Assembly: GCA_051294905.1 (NCBI GenBank)
Contig: CM119371.1
Span: 30,568,001-30,632,000 of the forward strand
Direction of reading: 5' to 3'
Source of the DNA: Botryllus schlosseri
Lineage: Eukaryota
DNA length: 64,000 bases
The stretch's first letter is position 1. Every line of letters starts with the position of its first letter. Made by a program: the position numbers and the translations under genes. The notes under the pieces were generated by a model. It was not told the origin of the DNA, did no database searches, and was given only the letters and a program-made list of their open reading frames with translations. Positions 56,462-64,000 of this stretch are shown piece by piece.

Positions 56462-56638
56462 TTCTTTCGTAATGTTGGCCTGGACATTGATTACACGGAG
56501 AAGGTGACGTGGCCGGTTGTCGTTGTGAAAAACCTCAACGATCCACCTGCCGGCATGCTGGACCGCAAGATCGACGCGTTTCAGGCTTTTGAAGACGCCG
56601 GGATCAAACTGGTGTACGACGACTCTCACAGTGAAAAG
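56462..56638 (+). CDS. Metallopeptidase exon 3
   Basis: Long polypyrimidine tract plus tag acceptor, gtact donor; FFRNVGLDIDYTEK...AFEDAGIKLVYDDSHSEK; 177 nt, phase 0-0. Confidence 0.8.
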
Positions 56639-57451
56639 GTACTACGCATCTTAAAACCTCTCACGTACACTCCTGCATCAAATCTCTAACCTCGGACATA
56701 GTTAAGGGGAGGGGAAACCCGCCTTTGCCTTTTTCAATTTTCAATTGTCGCAATCAGATTCAGAGGTAGTCAGTAACGAAGATCTTCTACGTTTTTTGAG
56801 TAATCACGTATGTTTTGACAACTTTTACTACTTACCGAATTTGCTATGTCATTTGGCTATGTTTTTATACTAGTTCTACTTCTACAAAACGTTTTCTCAG
56901 AAAAAAAAACTACTTACTTTCTACAATTCAGATTTTCAAAAGTAGAAAGTAGATTAGGGTTGAGTTAGCATCACCTTTCCGAGTGATCTTGTCATCAGAA
57001 CCTAGTCAAATACCCCTTTTATCAAAGTAACTGAATATATTGTCGAAGTTCGCACCTCGTTGTAGTCTCATAATCCAGTTTTGCGTTATTCGCGAAACGA
57101 AATCTTGCATTTTCGAAGTTATGCGCCGTCGATTAACTGCCAGCAGTATGAAACCCATCGACCGAATGTATTTCATTTTCTTCTGCGGCTTGAACTAGTT
57201 TTGTCGTGTCTTGAAAATCACTACTTCTTGCCAAGAAGTTGATAAATACGGCATTATACTTTTTCCATTAGTAGGGCCTATAACAACGCTTACTACTTTG
57301 ACCTACAATTGTCGCAATGAACCCATGACCCCATTGTTTAAAACGGTCATACCTTGATATAGTCACTATATTCATATACGGCTATTTCACCCATCCGTCA
57401 TTCTATTCAACATATAATATCTTTGGCATATGCTTTTCTGTTCATTTTCAG

Positions 57452-57639
57452 CTCGAAGACCCTACCCCGCAAAACCCTTGGACCAAATCCGACTTGTACG
57501 ACGCAATGATGTCGTACTACGACGAGGTTGGAGAGAATGAAAACATTTGGTGCATGATGGGAACAACCCCTCCTGACAAGCGTTACATGGGCTTCTCTTT
57601 TGACAAAGATGGCCGACGGGGGTTCGGTCTGTTCACCGG
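57452..57639 (+). CDS. Metallopeptidase exon 4 (not in the ORF track in this frame)
   Basis: ttttcag acceptor, gtatgt donor; LEDPTPQNPWTKSDLYDAMMSYYDEVGENENIWCMMGTTPPDKRYMGFSFDKDGRRGFGLFT; phase 0-2. Confidence 0.85.
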
Positions 57640-57761
57640 GTATGTAATGGAGTTGGCGTGAAAGCAAAAGTTTGTGTCATAGAGTGCCGATTATCTGAAT
57701 TAAACTTTAAGCTATGACGAAATACATAATTTTAGTTTAAATATCACGCATATGTTTTTAG

Positions 57762-57889
57762 GCATCGCAGCTTTTCCGGGCTAGAATCTCCCGACCCAAA
57801 AAAACATACAGAAGCCTCCCGACGATTCCTCCACTATTTGATCCACGAGTGTGGCCATTGCTTGGGTCTGAAGCACCCCTTTGAAATCG
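57762..57889 (+). CDS. Metallopeptidase exon 5, catalytic zinc-binding motif
   Basis: tttttag acceptor, gtaagt donor; HRSFSGLESPDPKKHTEASRRFLHYLIHECGHCLGLKHPFEI contains HEXXHXXGXXH; phase 2-1. Confidence 0.9.
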
Positions 57890-58012
57890 GTAAGTTCGTT
57901 CGACACTATATATACAATATACATGTTGAATTCGGGAAGCTTCATTGCAAGGAGCAAATTTCGAATCCAACAAAGCGGGACATCATAACCCTGTGTCTTA
58001 TATATATTACAG

Positions 58013-58149
58013 GAGCGCCTAACTCTTTGTCATGGATGAATTACGCTTGGCGGTATGACGTCAGTCGTGACGCAGGCAGCTTCTACCGAGATTTTCGCTT
58101 CACCTTCAGCGATCAGGAGCTGCTGATTCTGCGGCACAGTCCGGAAAAA
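58013..58149 (+). CDS. Metallopeptidase exon 6, Met-turn
   Basis: ttacag acceptor, gtaag donor; (G)APNSLSWMNYAWRYDVSRDAGSFYRDFRFTFSDQELLILRHSPEK; SWMNY is a Met-turn candidate; phase 1-0. Confidence 0.88.
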
Positions 58150-60054
58150 GTAAGATCAAGCGGCCTGGCTTTTTATTACATCATTACATTACATCATCAG
58201 AAAAGTGGATTCAAAGTTTTCGAATATGAATTCCAATTTGGTTCCGTTACAATTGCTGAGGTAATATCGTATCATAGCCGAAGTCCATATGTAATAATAA
58301 TCATTCGAAACACGAATGAGAATTGGGAATTCCCAGAACTTCCATGTTCGCGTCCATATCCAGTTAAAATATTCGAAATACACTCACGACGAAAGCCTTC
58401 AAACCATGTTTTTAAATTTAAATCAAAATCCATGATCTTCTCCGAGAGCAATATATACTGGATGTGAGTATAGATTTGAGCGTCAAGACACATTTTCATA
58501 CAAGACATTATCATATTTTCGTCACTTGATTACCTGATAACTAGTGATTTTTTCAGTGCATAATTCGTATTCCTATTTGAATATATAATTTCGAACTTCA
58601 TACCGTTGGTCGACAGAACTACACCGTTGCCACATACATAATTTGACATAACATAAATTACTAAATGACATGAACATAATTGAAATCAGTAAAAAAGTTT
58701 GGGATTTGAATTGGATTCAAATATCTGATGTATCCAATTCCTTTACTTTGTTAAACACTGATTCGACCTAACAGCGAATTATGTAACTTTAGGCAATAAA
58801 TAGTCCATGGCAAACGGGAGTTCGCCAATTCATGTGAGCCTTCATGAAGCGGCGTATCTTTGAACTATCACTTTTATATCCATCGGATGAAGTAGGATTA
58901 GCTAAGTGCCGGTATTCGCCAAAATATAGTGACTAAACCTCCAGAGTGTGATGGTTCAAATCGGACAAGCAAGCGATATTCGTAGAAACGCCTAGTGTCA
59001 TATCCGTGCTGCGCGAATCTTTTGATTGTTTTGCTAATGCGTGCCGTTCAGTTTCATGAATCAGTTTCAATGCAGGCGTTTTTCTATTCGCTGAGATTGA
59101 TTCATGACTGTGACTCATAAATGATTGATATAATACACATTAATGCGACACCGCTATCCCATTGCGTTCTAAGGAAAATCTGGAACTGGGTAAACTTATC
59201 ATACTAAATGAGGGGCAAAGTAACATGTTTTGATATTTAGATAAATTGGCATCATCGCGTAGGCCTATCTGCTATACAATTCAATCGCGAAAGCACTTCC
59301 CAGAAGAAATCCTTTAATCACCAGAGCATTGTACTGCTTATCCGGTTCTCTATGAGATTACCAACCACAACATCTACCGGATTATGTTTTAAACGTATGA
59401 AATACCAAACATATAACATGAGACGAGGGACTGGTAATCAGTGTGTCCATAGGCATCTAATGCTTCATGATGATGATGAGTATACAACTATACATGTATT
59501 CGTCAGCCAGACATCCAGTGACACTCCAGCAATGAACGTAGACCAACATTTCGTAAATGTAGGAGTTTTAGCTTGGGATTGGCATTAGAATGACCATTAC
59601 TTAAAAGTTTCACTTATCAATGTATTGGTCGTGCATCTTCTGCACTGATAAAAGGTCATCATGTACTAAACGTGTATTTCGATTACAATAAATCACTCAA
59701 TCTTTATTCATTTCTCAGTCTTAGCAAGTAACAAAGTTGTTGAATCGATAGTAACGATATCTTTCCATCGGAGAGATTTTTGATATTGCTTTGTACAACG
59801 TTATAACCTCATTGGTGCATATGAGGCATTTCCTGTAGCAGGACGCGCCTTCGCCGTTCGAAATGGATTACTGATAATGGAGGCAAGTTTGTCGCCTATG
59901 CATGGAAGCTATGTGAGCTGGATCACAGATAAGGCATTAAACAAACTTGAAACGTGCTATGAGTATGCATCAATGCGGACTGACCTTAACACATAAGCAT
60001 ACACGGGACGATATAGACATGGTCTCATGATAAATACAACATCGTCAATTGCAG

Positions 60055-60240
60055 ACCTTTCGCATGGAATGCGACCCATCTTACCTCGCTGAGATCATGG
60101 GTATGGGGTATAACGCGCGTACTGAAGCCCCTGACCATCATATGGATGACGAGGATGACGTGATTGACGAGAAAGGCGACAAGAAAACGAAGTCGAGACA
60201 AGTTGGCCTGGAATTGAAGCTGCGGAACGAATACTTGAAG
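60055..60240 (+). CDS. Metallopeptidase exon 7, charged linker
   Basis: ttgcag acceptor, gtgaaa donor; TFRMECDPSYLAEIMG...DDEDDVIDEKGDKKTKSRQVGLELKLRNEYLK; 186 nt, phase 0-0. Confidence 0.8.
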
Positions 60241-61005
60241 GTGAAATGATTGGTGTACTATCACTTGAAATTTTAGACTAGCTCTGACAGTAGTGACTAT
60301 TATGTTTGTTTTGTCAAGGAATATAGGTGTAGTTTAATGTCTGTAGACAATTATTGCCAAAATTGCCTTGACACAAGATTGTGCTGTCGGTGCCTCGATG
60401 GGCAGGGTTCAAAATGAAACGGCAAATACGAAGATTTCAAGAACACAGCCCCACCAGGGGCATCATCTGAGCATAAAACCGTAACCATCGAAATACCACT
60501 CCCTACGAAAATTTATAATTCCTTTTGGAAGATCGTTGGGTGGTAGTTAAAGTAGACAGGAATTATACTGAAGTAGAAGTAATACCGAGAACCAGTATCA
60601 GTAGGAATTTTCAAATCGTGATAAAACTGTGTCAAGAAGAACTAAGAAATGAAGATATGAAAAGTACTCTCTTACACCAAGTCGTTTCAAGAATGAGATA
60701 TGGTCGGGAGGTAGCGGAAAGCAATCTGCTAATCAAGGGATGAGGGGGGCTATTTTTGAACACACAAGATGCATCCTTGTGATTAACATAAATGATTAAC
60801 ACCACTACACTACTATATCTGAGAACAATAACATGAAACATACAGAATGATACACAAGTAAGACACGAATAACAACCATAAATTCGAGTCGGTTAAAAAG
60901 TGAAATATTTTCTAACAATATATTGTTTAATATCGTTGTTCTTATGGTGTTTGGTATGTTGAATCCATCAAATATCCTGTAACATAATGTTTTTATATCT
61001 TTCAG

Positions 61006-61134
61006 GGTCAATTGCTGAGTTTTGAGGCGACGGTTAACAACAAAGGAAAGTTGCCTGCTTTGATCGAAGGGAATTTGTCTTTGGATTCCGGGAATCTACA
61101 AGTCTACGTCACGAAACCAGATGGAACATCAGAT
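61006..61134 (+). CDS. Metallopeptidase exon 8 (not in ORF track)
   Basis: tctttcag acceptor, gtaata donor; GQLLSFEATVNNKGKLPALIEGNLSLDSGNLQVYVTKPDGTSD; 129 nt, phase 0-0. Confidence 0.8.
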
Positions 61135-62187
61135 GTAATACATTTTCTACGCATTTCTCATCAATATCGATAAGTTTTACCACAACATATATGTATGCAG
61201 GCACAGTTAACCTGGAACTCACATAGCTAAGTTTTCGTTCGTGTTTTCGTAATATGCCTGCTGAGTTTGTGTGAGTTCATTGCAGTTATTCCGCAAAACC
61301 CGTGTGTTCAAAAATACTGCGTTTCCCAGTATTGGAGACAATTGTTTCTAAAAATTATATCTGATGTCATGTTCATCTGGCGAAAATTCGATACCTCACC
61401 AAAATATTGTGATTAAAAATGAACTCTATAATCATTTATATAACAATTGAATGCCGGTTTATTGCTGAGCGTAAAGATACATGCTCCCCTAATCCATGCA
61501 TTTCATACGTAAATGAACGGAGAGCTTACGTGCATAAACAGTGTAGGACTTGATATGCACTTAACGTACTTCCGTAAAACGCGCGTCTGGGAAACTCCCT
61601 CAAGCTCTCCCGACCATATCAGGCACAAAATTATTCGAGTTCATATCTCATGTCTAGTTTATCCGGAAGAAAATATGCAGTCTTGGTAAAACATTGTCAT
61701 TGAAAGTGCACTCGGGTTGTTTTTAATAAAATGAAAATAAATTTCTTTTTGTTGATCGCATAGGTCCTATTTTCCACCGTATATGGGTACATTTCGCTAT
61801 CTGTGAACTGTGAGGTTACGTACCTAAAACAGTGAACTTAATGTCATCTGAACATTAAATGTTCATTGTTCAATATAAAAATACTTTATGGCGCCATGAG
61901 AGGGTTAGGCCGATTACAGTCATGTGTGGGGTGATGTGACATTTACGAATTCGGATAAATGGCACGTCAATAGCGCATTTTGACGTGTCAGACCGAGTAG
62001 AAAGAATTCGGCGATATTCTTTGTTCGTATCTGTCAAGGTGGTGTTGTCACGTCGCTGTAAAACAGGCATTATGTTACCGATAGTTTCCGTTTAGTTGGC
62101 TGTCCCGCATACATATCACGAACCAGAGTTATTTGTACAGATGCCACGCATGTTAGAACAACTGAAACATTACATCATGCGTTTCAG

Positions 62188-62389
62188 GTTATCGAGCCGT
62201 TCGTCAGGCCAGTTCATTCCGGTTACAACAGGCCGGTGGTCCTTTACACGAGTGCCGACGAAGAAGGCGGGGATTCATACAGCGAAATAGTGACCGTTGG
62301 TCGCGGATCCAACGGATACCAGATCAGCGAACCTGGGAAATATGGCATCAGGGTCGTGTACAGCGGTGGGCGGTACACTGTCAGCTCAG
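62188..62389 (+). CDS. Metallopeptidase exon 9
   Basis: gtttcag acceptor, gtgagt donor; VIEPFVRPVHSGYNRPVVLYTSADEEGGDSYSEIVTVGRGSNGYQISEPGKYGIRVVYSGGRYTVSS; phase 0-1. Confidence 0.82.
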
Positions 62390-62596
62390 GTGAGTTTGAG
62401 TGATGAACATTGCACATGCATAAACAAATATTCACCTATATCTATCAGCATCGTAACATCTCGAGATTCCTAGAGGTCGATGGAGATTTCGTTGAACCCG
62501 CAAACGTCTTTTCAATCCCCATATTTATACTGCGAAAAAAACAACATATAAATTCCAAAGTGGGTTGCCTCAAACTTGATAATTCTGTTTTAACAG

Positions 62597-62652
62597 CAAC
62601 TTACGCCTTCGAGGTCGTTGACAATGACGATGATATGGGAATAGCTGACGAG
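62597..62652 (+). CDS. Metallopeptidase exon 10 (56 nt)
   Basis: ttttaacag acceptor, gtgag donor; (A)TYAFEVVDNDDDMGIADE; phase 1-0. Confidence 0.75.
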
Positions 62653-63011
62653 GTGAGATCCGGCCTTTGTGGAATATACTGTGCATGCCGCACTAAACTC
62701 GTCTTCAAATATTGCCGAACCTATCGTTATTCTCATTGTCAAGCATGCATATTTGTGTCGATATCATGGAATGTTCATTCCCTTGATCCAGTGGGTCCTC
62801 AACTATCCCCCTAACATGAAATTAGGCTCTCTTGCTCTTCATTAATGGTAACTAATAAATACCGCATACCAATACACTTTATTCATTCGGGAGCCAGGTG
62901 GCACTCAATGTAGTAGGCTATAAACAAATTGGTGATACACGATCGGATAAAAATTTGAGATAGGCCTACGCTGCTTTAGATGGTGACTAACGCAGTTCAT
63001 TATTACGCAAG

Positions 63012-63147
63012 GTCTTAACGGCCGCGACCTTGCACTCTTCGAATTACACCCGATTCGAAAAGCCGCTGGATTACTTCAAGAAGTTGGAGGGAGAATCCAC
63101 GAAGCAAAAGCGCGGAAAAACGGCGACGTTGATTGCGCTGTTGGAAG
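63012..63147 (+). CDS. Metallopeptidase exon 11; gene probably continues past the window
   Basis: CTAAC branch-like motif at 62987-62991, AAG acceptor, gtacgt donor; VLTAATLHSSNYTRFEKPLDYFKKLEGESTKQKRGKTATLIALLE. An alternative CAG acceptor (exon start 62996) gives a different open frame. Confidence 0.55.
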
Positions 63148-64000
63148 GTACGTAACTCTGCTTAGCATATTGGCCTCACATTTGGCTTGATATGCAATAT
63201 GCATACTGGAACTACTATTGTAGACTGGGGAGACCCGGACTTGAACCAGCATTATATCGTCAGTGATCGGCGGAGTTTGCACTGGTCAAAGTAGTCAGCG
63301 TTGGTACTAAATTAGAAGTAGACATAACGTAGTAAAATTCTAATCAATTACAAGTAGGAGTTGCGATTTCCGAGACATGTCCAAACTACTTCAAGTATAA
63401 GTCCATAGTGAAAGGTTCGAAGAGTATTCAAGTTAAATTGTAAAGAGCAGAGCAGATTAGATCATGATACAGCATAGCCTACACTTATCAGTGCGGAGCG
63501 GAACGACAAATTCTCTGGTCCTACTCCGATCCTGTTTTTTAAAACTCTGGTCCGACTGCGGACCGACGGCCGGATTCTAGAAATGACCGTGATCCGGCCC
63601 GAAAAAAATAATTATCTACTCACTCGATAGTATTGAATATTGATTGAAACCATGTAAACAGGAAATTAAAAACTCAAAGATCATACACAATCCTTATCTA
63701 AAGTAATTATGCTAACTTGGACTTGGGATGTGGTTTATTTCCATGAACGTTTCACTTTCCCTATTAATGCGATGGTGGAAAAGGGTAAGACTGTCATATT
63801 CTAAATAAAAAGTACTGATTCGGCTGCGAACCGGCTCCGGAACACAATGAGAAAATCCGGCCGGATATCCAGTCTGGCTCCGGTCCATACTACGACCTAA
63901 TACTTAGAAGCAGTTTTCAGAGATTTTCGACAGATGTGATTGTATTACAAATAGGTGGGATGTCCGAATATATATTCAGATAGCGTGAATCGGTGGCTAT

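Noticed and set aside
57838..58467. 209-aa single-exon ORF containing HECGH
   Set aside because: Read-through of a 123-nt in-frame intron (57890-58012) and of the next intron; the real structure is spliced
52272..63147. Bacterial contamination as the source of the peptidase
   Set aside because: The gene has ten spliceosomal introns, one containing a host-type MITE, and shares the contig with ELL
63490..63893. Possible MITE with CCGG-rich ends
   Set aside because: TIRs too degenerate and no TSD, so not called

Overview
AT-rich eukaryotic, intron-containing invertebrate-type DNA. A tunicate or similar animal is my guess and is not provable here. Most entries in the ORF track are spurious. Two spliced genes can be rebuilt by hand. 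(1) On the minus strand lie the first four coding exons of an ELL-family RNA polymerase II elongation factor (24168 down to 6965), with the 3' exons presumably beyond the left edge. (2) On the plus strand lie at least 11 phase-consistent GT-AG exons (52272-63147, open at both ends, about 577 codons) encoding a metzincin zinc metallopeptidase (HECGHCLGLKH plus a Met-turn). Its architecture does not match familiar animal metzincins and reminds me of uncharacterised bacterial peptidases, so it is a candidate intronised horizontal transfer and the most interesting item here. The rest is dominated by non-autonomous hAT-type elements with 8-bp target-site duplications (TSDs), including a triple nest inside one terminal inverted repeat (TIR) and one element splitting a tRNA-Pro. 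There is also a decayed LINE, two tRNA-derived SINEs, tandem repeats, a protocadherin-like fragment, a CpG-poor/CpG-rich boundary at the ELL 5' end, and a strong excess of TAGGCCTA-type motifs.
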